61,638 nucleotides of DNA from a virus (Duplodnaviria > Caudoviricetes), in the IMG/VR virus record IMGVR_UViG_3300029309_000027, positions 1 to 61,638 of that record; one strand, written 5' to 3'. Position 1 is the stretch's first letter; every line of letters starts with the position of its first letter. Positions 38,099 to 47,193 of the stretch are shown one piece after another. A model generated the notes under the pieces. That model was not told where the DNA came from. It saw only the letters and a program-made list of their open reading frames with translations, and ran no database searches. A program made the translations under genes and the position numbers.

Positions 38099-39861
38099 GA
38101 TACACAGGCAAAATCCCAATCCCAGACCTGACTCAGGGGATGGAGATGATCCCCCAGGCGATCCTGGCGCGTAACAAGCAAGCGCAAGCAAATAGAAAGC
38201 TGCAGGCTGAAGGCATCAAGGCTGCCAACGAGCAGTACGCTAAGGCTCTTGGTGAGGTCGGGGGTATCAGCCAGAACATCCACCCCTTCTTCGTACCGTA
38301 TGTGCAAGAGGCCTATGACCACTTCCGCAACGTAGAGGTACCACAGATCCTGGCTGGTAACCCAGCCACTGCGCAGGCAGAGATAAAGAGGAGGTTCGAG
38401 AACTTCAGCAACTCCGTAGACAAGTACCTGACCAACCCAGATATGATGTCTTCTATGGCTCAGTACGCTGACTACATGGAGGGGCCAGGCAACACGCTCT
38501 TTGATGCGACGCAAAAGAACCTGGCGGCAGACCGCAGGTTGAACCCATCTCTAGAGGAGTTCAACAGAAAAAGGAACTACCAGATGAAGGGGCTGATGAG
38601 TGGTGCGCACAACGTGTACAATCCAGACGGCAGCTTCTCGGTCATGGGGTTGGAGACAGACCCCAACACTGGTCTACCCAAAGCCGATATGGAGATCGAC
38701 GGGAGAACAGCCACGCACTTTAATGACAAGAACTGGTTTACACCAGGAACAGTGCGCATGGCCCCCAGAGACTACATGGAAATTGCTAAAGACGTTCACG
38801 CTCACTACTCTGGCCGTGAACAACCTTACGATTGGGGGAGGATCAGCTCGGACCTGATGGGTCACTGGCAAACCCCTATGAGTTTCGCGACTGTGAACAG
38901 AGAAAGCGAGGCCTATGAGTTTAGGGTGGCAGCTGCAGAGCAGGCTATCCCCAAGATGAGGGATCAAAACAACCCCCTTTATGCGCCAAGTGCAGCGGCT
39001 ATGGATGACCAGGTGCTGATGGATATGTTTTCCCTGGACCCAGAGGTTATTAAGGATTACCCTGTGCTAGCTGGCGTAGTCCAGAATGCCTTGACTAGTG
39101 AGTGGAACAACGAGTTCAGACCGCTAGTGGAGTATCTGGCAACAGGGAGTGGCGGCAGCGGCCCACGCCTTGAGGACCTGCTGAATGGGGCGGCACCATT
39201 CACTATGAACATCCAGGAGTTTAACCCTGGTGACATCCCCCTTCTCCCTAACATCCCAACCGCTTTGGCTAATGCTGACGACCCAGAGCAAGTTCTGCGG
39301 AGCACAGAGGAGTATGACGACTTGAACGTACAGTTGCGCTCGGTCAACTTGCGTAGCACGAACGACTTCCCGAACGTGACCGCCAACATGTTCAACGCTT
39401 CTTACTATGACGATGTCAAGTTCCTGAGAGAAAGCGCCATCATTACGCAGGATTCAAACACTGGAGCGTGGGTGGCTCAGGACCCCGCGATGATCACACC
39501 AGGGGTTGTCGAGCTTTTGACTAAGGCCAACCAGCAGTATGAGTCGGTCGTCATCCACAGTATTGCATTCACCGAGGACCCGAACAAGTACGTTGTGATC
39601 GCCGAGGACAACAGAGTTGTGGTGGTGGACAAGAACAACTTGAACTTCGCTACTCAGGATCTGCATACATCCATCAGACAGTCCCTGTCTATGAACAACA
39701 CTGAGGTCCAGAACCCGATCGAAGAACTGCGCAGAAGAGTGCTCATTGCACATCCCTTTGATTCAGGCAGTAGCGTCCAGTCATATCAGAATTGGAAGAA
39801 CAGTCAGCCTGCTGGTGCAAGCACGACCTATGAGGACTATCTCCAAGCAATAGGACAATAA
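38095..39861 (+). CDS. Internal virion/ejection protein 2
   Basis: 588 aa, GTG start, synteny. Confidence 0.55.
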   Translation: MRYTGKIPIPDLTQGMEMIPQAILARNKQAQANRKLQAEGIKAANEQYAKALGEVGGISQNIHPFFVPYVQEAYDHFRNVEVPQILAGNPATAQAEIKRRFENFSNSVDKYLTNPDMMSSMAQYADYMEGPGNTLFDATQKNLAADRRLNPSLEEFNRKRNYQMKGLMSGAHNVYNPDGSFSVMGLETDPNTGLPKADMEIDGRTATHFNDKNWFTPGTVRMAPRDYMEIAKDVHAHYSGREQPYDWGRISSDLMGHWQTPMSFATVNRESEAYEFRVAAAEQAIPKMRDQNNPLYAPSAAAMDDQVLMDMFSLDPEVIKDYPVLAGVVQNALTSEWNNEFRPLVEYLATGSGGSGPRLEDLLNGAAPFTMNIQEFNPGDIPLLPNIPTALANADDPEQVLRSTEEYDDLNVQLRSVNLRSTNDFPNVTANMFNASYYDDVKFLRESAIITQDSNTGAWVAQDPAMITPGVVELLTKANQQYESVVIHSIAFTEDPNKYVVIAEDNRVVVVDKNNLNFATQDLHTSIRQSLSMNNTEVQNPIEELRRRVLIAHPFDSGSSVQSYQNWKNSQPAGASTTYEDYLQAIGQ

Positions 39862-42800
39862 TGGACGAGAAAGAACTAGAGCTGCTGTTAACGCTGCTCC
39901 CTACAGGACATTTCAACAACACAGATGAGCTCCGCTCCCTGATCGAAAGCGAAGGGTTGGGGGCTATCTATGCCGCAGACACAGCACGAGAGAACTCTGT
40001 GTTGAAGGAGCAGTTTGGTAGTGAGGCTGGATTGGTTGGGGCTTTCCCCTCACTGGCTCCGTTCAGCCCTGTAAAAAAAAAAGATACAGAGACACCGCTC
40101 GCACCTTCCGCCTCAGCTTTGGATGGGAACCAAACTTCTGTGGTGTCACCGCAACTATCGGTGGAAGAACAGTTCGGATTGGGATCTTCCGATCCTAGCG
40201 ACACCTATGAAGACCTTGTCCTCCAGGACATGGGGGTGCAGCCAAAGCAGCAAAAGTTTCAAGGGCTGACATATGAGCTGAAGGACGGGAACGTATCTCT
40301 GCGCTCTGCTCGCAGACCGAATCTGAGGGATTCTCGGGTCGGGGCAGACCTGAACATTCCGAATGAGATGCTGCTCAACAGGATGCAGCAGCAAGGTTTC
40401 TTGACTACAGCAAAACTTCTCGAACCCTACAGGGATCAACTTCCTGATGAGCTCAGTGACGTCATGAGAGGCATGGCAACTTACGAGGTCCCCACATACG
40501 ATGCGATGCAACAGATAACTGATGTTATTGCAGCAGACCCTGAGTTGTCAGCTGAAATCTTCGGAGTGCAGGTGAACCCTATGCAAGGGGGGTCATATCA
40601 GCCTGGCATGCAGACCTTCACTATGGCAAGTGATGAGGATATGACAGAGCAGCGCAAGAGCATGATTGCCCCTATCCTCGAGCGCAATCTCTACGATGCT
40701 ATGGCTGGGGATATCGTAGGTAGCCTGCCACCAGAGCACCAAGACAACCCAGAGTCCCTGCACACGATCGAAGACAACATCTTCAAGAAGACTGGGATGC
40801 TCATGGACCTGACTGGTGACGGCAGGATCCAGACACAGCCACTGTTGAAGTTCGAAGGGTTTGAGTTTGCTCAAGGCACAGGGTCTTCTCAAGATGGATA
40901 TGGCGCGTTCGGGTTCCCCACCCCCAAGTTCTCAGGCTACCTAGTGGACCTGGCAGGGGCAGCATCTGTAGACCTGTACAACGCTATTGCCCAGTTCTAT
41001 GATGGGGATAAGCACGTCATCGAGCGCCGACAATACGCCGAGAAACTGCGCACGGATGCCATGCAGTTTACTCGGGACTTCAGCGATGACGACTTCGGTA
41101 ACCAACTGAACAGAACTTTCGGGACGATGGCTGAGGGCGCCCCGTTCTTTGCGGCCACACTGCCACTGCAGATCTACACCATGGGGCGGTTGTCAGCACT
41201 GAATGCATCGACCTCTTCGATCATTGCTCTGACCGCAGCAGAGAGCACTGGTTTGCTGTACATGCAGGAACTGGCCAGGCTCAAGGGTGACCCTGAGTTC
41301 AACATCTATAAGAAAGATGGGGTCGAGTACACGTATGAAGAGATGATGGTGGCCACGGGCGGAGACCCAGAAAAAGCTCTGCAGTACACAGAGGAGGTAG
41401 ACATCGCAGCCAAGTACGGATACCTCGGCAGCATAGCCGCCACTAACTTTGCTATCGACGGGGTCAGCTCTGCTTTCTTTATGAACGCGCTACGTGGTAT
41501 GCCAACCCATACTATGGCGGGTCCGCAGATGACCAAGTGGTGGCAGAACTATGCTGCCAACCTTGGGTATGCGGTGCCTGTCGGAGCGGCCACCTCTAGT
41601 ATTGGGGCTATGCAGATGTACGTGGCTCGAGCCGAGGCCACAGGCAGAGAGATAAGTTGGAGCGAGGTTCAGAACCACGGGTTACAGGCTCTGACTACAG
41701 GGGCAGTTATGGGCTTTACCATGACCACTCTGGGCACAGTAGGGAGTAGACTGCAAAGCACTGCCCTGGCCAAAGACAGGTTTGGTCGTGGCATGCAGAA
41801 CATGAACTATCTGCGGCAACAAGAGCAGATCCTGAAGCGCATGCAGGCAGCGACCGATCCCGAAAAGGTTGCAGAGTATGGGAAGCAGTACTTAGAACTG
41901 ACCAATCGCAACTTGGCGAGGCAGCTGACAGACATCGAGTTCTACAGACGCATGTCTGTTGAGGATCGCAATGAGTTGCTGGCCTTGCAAGACGGGATGA
42001 ACGAGGCCAGAAGGAAGATGCTGATGTTTTCTGACGAGGAGGATCCGCTGCACATCCAGGCTAAGAAAGACCTGGAGCAGTTGACTAAGCAGCGGGACAA
42101 CCTGGAGTCTCTGTATGAAGCCATGGATCAGCCCGTCAGATATGATGACGATGGGAACTTGGTGGAGAGAGATCCGTTTGCTGAGGGACCAGACATCCCA
42201 GATCAAATCAGGATCTTCGCCAACGCCGAGGCTCAAGGTGGCATGAGCACGAAGCCTGGCTATGGCCCCAACACCCCTCGCATGGTGCCGATCAAGCCGA
42301 TCCGTATCAACGGATTGATGTTCAACAAAGAGGGCAAGTTGTCACGTTATGGGTATCGAAAGCAAGAGCAAAGCGACGAGGCGTTTTACGAGTCATTTGT
42401 TGACCGATACGAGGGCATCGTTAATCTGCAGCGCTCGATTCAAGAGCGCGAGGGGTTGGGGTTGCGAGTGCGTTTGGACCAAGATGTGGATGGCTTCCTC
42501 CAAAGACTGGAGTCCATACAGCAGGCTGCTGTAGAGGGCAGCAAGCCGATCATTTCAGGGAAGGGTGGCGTTGTCGACATCATCCGTGGTGGACGAGGCA
42601 CTGCCATAGGCAAGACCGTGGACAAACTGACTGGTCAGCGGACCACGGCCAAGGTCCTGCAAGAAAACATTGAGGGGATTGCCCCTTTGATGCCTAAGGA
42701 TAAGGACGGCAACACCATCCCTATCAATCCCTTGAGCGTATTCGAGCAGTACCGCTATGCTGTTCATGCTCCTGAGCGGAACCAGCACATCTACAACAAG

Positions 42801-45464
42801 AACCAGACGGAGTACAAGAAACTCAACGGCAAGGATGTTCTGACTGCGGCTGAAGCCTCACGCATGCGGGAGCTGGAAAGGTTTATGGACAGCAAGCGCG
42901 GTAGCGGAATGAGTGACGAGCAGGCACAGCAGTTCATAGACGCCTTGCCCGACGAGTTGCTCACTAGGTTTGATGAAGCGAACGCCAAACTCAATGAGAT
43001 GATTCTGGATACTCAGAACGCACTCTTGAAGTACGGAATGATCGATCAAGAAACCTACAACGGTCTCAAATCTAACTTCAAAAACTACACACCGCTGTAC
43101 GGTAGAGCCATCTTGGACAACATCATCAAGCCTGATGGTACGATTGTCGTGGCTGACAACGCGTACTCCAAGGTGCCAGGATCTACGTACCTCGACAACA
43201 AGTTCCTGAGAGAGGCCCAAGGTAGAAGCGAACAGACTGGTGACGTAGTATCCAAGATCCTCATGCAGAACGTCGAGGCTCACGTCTTGGGGAACAGGAA
43301 TGTAGCTATGACCAGGCTGCACAACTTGATGCTGGATAACCCTGACCCCAGGTACCGCATCATGGACACGGGTCTACAAGACTCACCCAACACACAGGTC
43401 GTCTACATCAACGGACAGAAGAAGTATTTGGAGTTCTTCAATGCTGATGGGACTCCCAACCTGACGGTCCTGAGAGGATTGAAATCGCAAGGTGATCAGC
43501 TCGGATTGGCCAGGACTGCGATGAATGATCTCCTCACAACTACTTCGCAGCTACGCAAGATCCACGTCAACTACAACCCTTTCTTCGGACCTTATGCTTT
43601 CTTTAGGGACAAGCAATCCGCCATATCCAACGCCCTTTTTGAGAGTGAAGCACAGTATGGGTTTGCCCTGCGAGATCAGGACGGCATGCCTGTGAGCTCC
43701 TCTGAGTTTATGGCCATGGTCAACAACCCCATGCGTGACTTCAAGGCAATCGCCCTGGTCGCAGCCAGTGAGTCTGGGTTGTACAAGAGATTTACTGGAA
43801 AGGAGATCGAGCGTGTACAGTTGTTCAGGGAGCACGGCGGTCCCACAGGAATGACGCAGATGGAGAGCCTGAAAACCTTGGCCAGACAATTGAACGAAGC
43901 TACTGACGACAAGGCCAGATTGACCCTGACCAACAGCTGGGTCAAGAAGTATGCGTTCGACTTCATCATGGGTTTCAATACTGTGTTAGAGAACGCAGTG
44001 AGGTTCAATGCTTTCGATGCCGCCATGGATCTCGGTATTCACCCAGAGAGAGCAGCTAACATAGCCAAGAACGTCAGCGTCAACTTTAACAGGAAGGGGC
44101 TTGACACTCAGGTGGCTCAAGCAGCCAAGTACTTTTTCAACCCAGCTATGCAGGGTACCGACCAGGTGATTGGTAGATACTTTGGAGAGCGCGGTAAGGC
44201 AGCCAGCGTGGATGAGTATGGTAATCCCAGAAGCTGGTTCTCTGAGCAGGGGCCACGCTTCAAGTCCATGGGGGCTTTTGCTGCGTTGGGTAGCTTGATC
44301 ACGATGTACAACTTGGCCGTGTCTGGTGAGGATCCCACTGGTATCGATGCATACGACCTTATCAAAGACTGGGAGCTCTACAGCAGGATGACTGTTCTTG
44401 ATCCAGATAATCCACAAGGCAAGAGGTACAACATCAGCCTAGCATATGGTCATGGCTACCCGTATGCCCTAGGAGTGATGGGGACAGAGATGGCCATGAA
44501 TCGCAGAGGCTATGTGTCTGCAGCAGCTTACTTGGCCGAGGCCACACAGCACCACCTCGCGCCAATCTACATCTCTGGACCTGCTGAGGGTGCTGCTGAA
44601 GAAGGTCGCAACGTGCTTCAATCCCCAGCAGACTACGCCATGAGTCTCACCGTGCCTACCCAGTTCCTACCATACTTGGGTGTCTATGCCAACAGAGATC
44701 TTTTGACTGGCAGAGAAGTTTATCGTGACGCCCCAGGTAAACCAGACTCAGAGCAGAGCTTCCGAGCCCCATGGATTGTGCAGGAGTGGGCCAAGGGGGT
44801 CAATGAATGGGCTGGTGGTAGCGAGCACCTATCTGGTGACTTCCTAGGCATAGACATGGACTTCAATCCAGACCCCACCTGGTACATGCTAGAGTCCTAC
44901 CTCGGTGGTAACCTCAGATTCATTGAGCAGACGGCAGAATACAAGAGGAAACTGGAGTTGGAGAACTTCGATCCCAACAGTATCGATGGGTTCATCACGG
45001 TCAGAGACCTCCCATTCATCAATAGGTTCGTCACTGAGACCCCACGAACAGAAATCATCAATAGGTTCTATGACTACCAGGATCGGATGGGTCAGTTTGA
45101 GAATGAGTTCCGTGACAAACTCGATGTCGGCAAGCACATCGGAAAGAACCAGGTGTACAGAGAGCGCAAGATGAAAGAGGAAGAGGAAGGCAGCGAAGAG
45201 TTCAGATACTTGGCATACCTATCTACTCGCAGTTACGCACAGGCTATCAGAAAAGCCAACGGCTCTGAAGGCATTGGACTAGTCAGAGAGCTTATGGAGA
45301 AAAGATCCGACCTGATAAGAAAAGAAGGTTTGACTGAGGAGAATATGGAGGAGTACTACGACCTCAACCTCAAGATCAATAAGATCCGAGATACACAAAT
45401 TGGCCTGATGGCCATGTTCCTCAAGTACGCATACATCGTTTCACCACCCCGTGTCAAAGAATAA
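39861..45464 (+). CDS. Large internal virion/ejection protein 3 (LPD38-like C-terminal region)
   Basis: 1867 aa; ENAVRF...AKNVSVNFNRKG...YFFNPAMQG; hydrophobic helices; no DxDGD RNAP motif seen. Confidence 0.65.
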   Translation: MDEKELELLLTLLPTGHFNNTDELRSLIESEGLGAIYAADTARENSVLKEQFGSEAGLVGAFPSLAPFSPVKKKDTETPLAPSASALDGNQTSVVSPQLSVEEQFGLGSSDPSDTYEDLVLQDMGVQPKQQKFQGLTYELKDGNVSLRSARRPNLRDSRVGADLNIPNEMLLNRMQQQGFLTTAKLLEPYRDQLPDELSDVMRGMATYEVPTYDAMQQITDVIAADPELSAEIFGVQVNPMQGGSYQPGMQTFTMASDEDMTEQRKSMIAPILERNLYDAMAGDIVGSLPPEHQDNPESLHTIEDNIFKKTGMLMDLTGDGRIQTQPLLKFEGFEFAQGTGSSQDGYGAFGFPTPKFSGYLVDLAGAASVDLYNAIAQFYDGDKHVIERRQYAEKLRTDAMQFTRDFSDDDFGNQLNRTFGTMAEGAPFFAATLPLQIYTMGRLSALNASTSSIIALTAAESTGLLYMQELARLKGDPEFNIYKKDGVEYTYEEMMVATGGDPEKALQYTEEVDIAAKYGYLGSIAATNFAIDGVSSAFFMNALRGMPTHTMAGPQMTKWWQNYAANLGYAVPVGAATSSIGAMQMYVARAEATGREISWSEVQNHGLQALTTGAVMGFTMTTLGTVGSRLQSTALAKDRFGRGMQNMNYLRQQEQILKRMQAATDPEKVAEYGKQYLELTNRNLARQLTDIEFYRRMSVEDRNELLALQDGMNEARRKMLMFSDEEDPLHIQAKKDLEQLTKQRDNLESLYEAMDQPVRYDDDGNLVERDPFAEGPDIPDQIRIFANAEAQGGMSTKPGYGPNTPRMVPIKPIRINGLMFNKEGKLSRYGYRKQEQSDEAFYESFVDRYEGIVNLQRSIQEREGLGLRVRLDQDVDGFLQRLESIQQAAVEGSKPIISGKGGVVDIIRGGRGTAIGKTVDKLTGQRTTAKVLQENIEGIAPLMPKDKDGNTIPINPLSVFEQYRYAVHAPERNQHIYNKNQTEYKKLNGKDVLTAAEASRMRELERFMDSKRGSGMSDEQAQQFIDALPDELLTRFDEANAKLNEMILDTQNALLKYGMIDQETYNGLKSNFKNYTPLYGRAILDNIIKPDGTIVVADNAYSKVPGSTYLDNKFLREAQGRSEQTGDVVSKILMQNVEAHVLGNRNVAMTRLHNLMLDNPDPRYRIMDTGLQDSPNTQVVYINGQKKYLEFFNADGTPNLTVLRGLKSQGDQLGLARTAMNDLLTTTSQLRKIHVNYNPFFGPYAFFRDKQSAISNALFESEAQYGFALRDQDGMPVSSSEFMAMVNNPMRDFKAIALVAASESGLYKRFTGKEIERVQLFREHGGPTGMTQMESLKTLARQLNEATDDKARLTLTNSWVKKYAFDFIMGFNTVLENAVRFNAFDAAMDLGIHPERAANIAKNVSVNFNRKGLDTQVAQAAKYFFNPAMQGTDQVIGRYFGERGKAASVDEYGNPRSWFSEQGPRFKSMGAFAALGSLITMYNLAVSGEDPTGIDAYDLIKDWELYSRMTVLDPDNPQGKRYNISLAYGHGYPYALGVMGTEMAMNRRGYVSAAAYLAEATQHHLAPIYISGPAEGAAEEGRNVLQSPADYAMSLTVPTQFLPYLGVYANRDLLTGREVYRDAPGKPDSEQSFRAPWIVQEWAKGVNEWAGGSEHLSGDFLGIDMDFNPDPTWYMLESYLGGNLRFIEQTAEYKRKLELENFDPNSIDGFITVRDLPFINRFVTETPRTEIINRFYDYQDRMGQFENEFRDKLDVGKHIGKNQVYRERKMKEEEEGSEEFRYLAYLSTRSYAQAIRKANGSEGIGLVRELMEKRSDLIRKEGLTEENMEEYYDLNLKINKIRDTQIGLMAMFLKYAYIVSPPRVKE

Positions 45465-45882
45465 ACTACGCGATACCAAGGTAGGGGCATGGCTCAGAGA
45501 CAAGGCCCCCTCCGTACTCGCGGTGGTGGGTGACGCCCTGCCCGATCGGGGGGTGCTGGGCGTGGTGAAGAACCTGGTGGACAAAGACCCCACCCTGGAC
45601 AGCGATAGCTTTCAAGCTGTGATGGATGCTGAGATACAAGCCCAGGAGCAAGTGACCAGGAGGTGGGAGGCAGATGCCCAGACAGATGTAAAGCTGGCTC
45701 AGTACATCAGGCCTATTACCTTGGTGGCACTCACTCTGTTCTATATGATAGTCACGGTGTGGGATGGAGTGGACCCACAGTTCATGCCCCCAGAAAACTA
45801 TATCAACCTGCTGGAGGTCTTGATGCTCACGGTATTCGGAGCCTACTTCGCAGGGAGGACGATTGAAAAAATCAAACGCTAA
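45451..45882 (+). CDS. Holin (3TM/GTA-type)
   Basis: RWEAD...IRP followed by TM helices; GAYFAGRTIEK. Confidence 0.75.
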   Translation: MSKNKLRDTKVGAWLRDKAPSVLAVVGDALPDRGVLGVVKNLVDKDPTLDSDSFQAVMDAEIQAQEQVTRRWEADAQTDVKLAQYIRPITLVALTLFYMIVTVWDGVDPQFMPPENYINLLEVLMLTVFGAYFAGRTIEKIKR

Positions 45883-45928
45883 GGGCCATGCCGCCTAGCA
45901 GGAAAAGGAAAATGAGAATAAAAGTCAT
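45872..45928 (-). CDS. 18-aa hydrophobic peptide MTFILIFLFLLGGMALSV
   Basis: ATG 4 nt after a TACCTTTG box; stop overlaps the holin 3' end. Confidence 0.45.
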   Translation of the reverse strand: MTFILIFLFLLGGMALSV

Positions 45929-45932
45929 GCAG

Positions 45933-45940
45933 CAAAGGTA
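45933..45940 (-). promoter_or_regulatory. -7 promoter box TACCTTTG
   Basis: TAnnTTTG; same TTAAGTACCTT context as the site at about 47200. Confidence 0.6.
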
Positions 45941-45964
45941 CTTAACGTTCCCTTAACATGCAAG

Positions 45965-45993
45965 AAGGGAGGACGCCGTTGCGCCTCTCCCTT
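45965..45993. terminator. Hairpin at the convergence of the two arms
   Basis: AAGGGAG...CGC-CGTT-GCG...CTCCCTT imperfect stem. Confidence 0.45.
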
Positions 45994-46057
45994 ACCTACC
46001 AAATCAAAAAAAACGCTTGTCAATAGCTGACTGCTGTGGCTAATCTAAACCAACTTT

Positions 46058-46561
46058 TTAGATGTAGCAAATTTCTTTTGTCTCAGGATGCTCGTAGTAT
46101 CTTGAGTATGGGAGGATTCTGTAGCTGTTCAGTTCCTGGAGGTCCTGCAAGGCAAGCTTTGTGATCAGGTCCATCCTATCTTTTCTACGATAGCAGCGCT
46201 TGTACGCTTCTTCCTTGGTGACTAGAGAGGTGAAGTCTACATTGTCGCGACAATAGTCTACGAGCTCTGATCTATCTACGACAACGAACCCAGTGACCTC
46301 AGGCATATCAAAGGCGATGGTGGTTGCCTCACCAAACAGCCATCCCTTGTGGCCATTAACATTCTTCATCTCCACCCAGATCTCATCTGGCATGTTGTTC
46401 CCCTTCACGTCCACCCCCTGGTCGTCGTGCCAATAGTCAACGTGCATATACATGTCTTCTTCTTTGGAAGACTTGCGTGCATCTGGACAGGCGCGTTTGT
46501 ATCTTTTTTCAACAGCGGTACCTTGCTGCCAAGAGCGTATTTTTTTATACCCCTTCTTCAC
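46058..46561 (-). CDS. Putative PD-(D/E)XK-fold protein
   Basis: HVDYW...VDVKG...IWVE...GWLFG pattern. Confidence 0.55.
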   Translation of the reverse strand: MKKGYKKIRSWQQGTAVEKRYKRACPDARKSSKEEDMYMHVDYWHDDQGVDVKGNNMPDEIWVEMKNVNGHKGWLFGEATTIAFDMPEVTGFVVVDRSELVDYCRDNVDFTSLVTKEEAYKRCYRRKDRMDLITKLALQDLQELNSYRILPYSRYYEHPETKEICYI

Positions 46562-46757
46562 CTTGTTCTCGGCAAGCTTCGCGGATCAGATCTACTTCGA
46601 TCAGAACCCACCGCTTGTACTTGTTTACAATGTCCAGCACCCGCTGCATCTCTGCGTGAGCCTCACCTGTATCGGAATGCAGTTCCTCGTACAACGTAGA
46701 TGTTGCTCTGTGCATGCGTTCACAGGCACCCAGGTATGTCTCACTCAGACTGGGCAT
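46545..46757 (-). CDS. Hypothetical protein
   Basis: 70 aa; fills operon gap. Confidence 0.65.
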   Translation of the reverse strand: MPSLSETYLGACERMHRATSTLYEELHSDTGEAHAEMQRVLDIVNKYKRWVLIEVDLIREACREQGEEGV

Positions 46758-47193
46758 ATACTGTTTCTTTTATATCAGAAATCACCTGATCAATTTGCGA
46801 TTTATTTTTTGCAATATAAACAGCACAGTCTATGTTATTATCAACAAGATGCTTAAGGAAAAGTTTCCATCGCATCGGAAAGTCATGGTGTGAATGGAGA
46901 TACCCTTTGGTCTCTATGATCCACTTCCCATCTTTAGACACAAAGTCAGGGGTGTACCTGATGGGTAGCTGAACAGAGTTGCTCCGATCGGACAATTGCT
47001 TCCGCTTCGCTGTCATCTTGAGGTACCTGTTGGGGTAACGGAACTTGTCCATCAACAGGAACTCTTTCCCCTCGTACTCAAAGTCTAAACCAGCTTGCTT
47101 CAGCTGATCATTGCAATACTTTTCGATACCGCTTTTGAACTTACCTAGGTTCTTCTTACGGCTCGGACGCCTCGCTGCTCTCTTCTTCTTCAT
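46741..47193 (-). CDS. T7 endonuclease I-like Holliday junction resolvase
   Basis: FKSGIE...YE...YTPDF...IIETKG. Confidence 0.85.
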   Translation of the reverse strand: MKKKRAARRPSRKKNLGKFKSGIEKYCNDQLKQAGLDFEYEGKEFLLMDKFRYPNRYLKMTAKRKQLSDRSNSVQLPIRYTPDFVSKDGKWIIETKGYLHSHHDFPMRWKLFLKHLVDNNIDCAVYIAKNKSQIDQVISDIKETVYAQSE

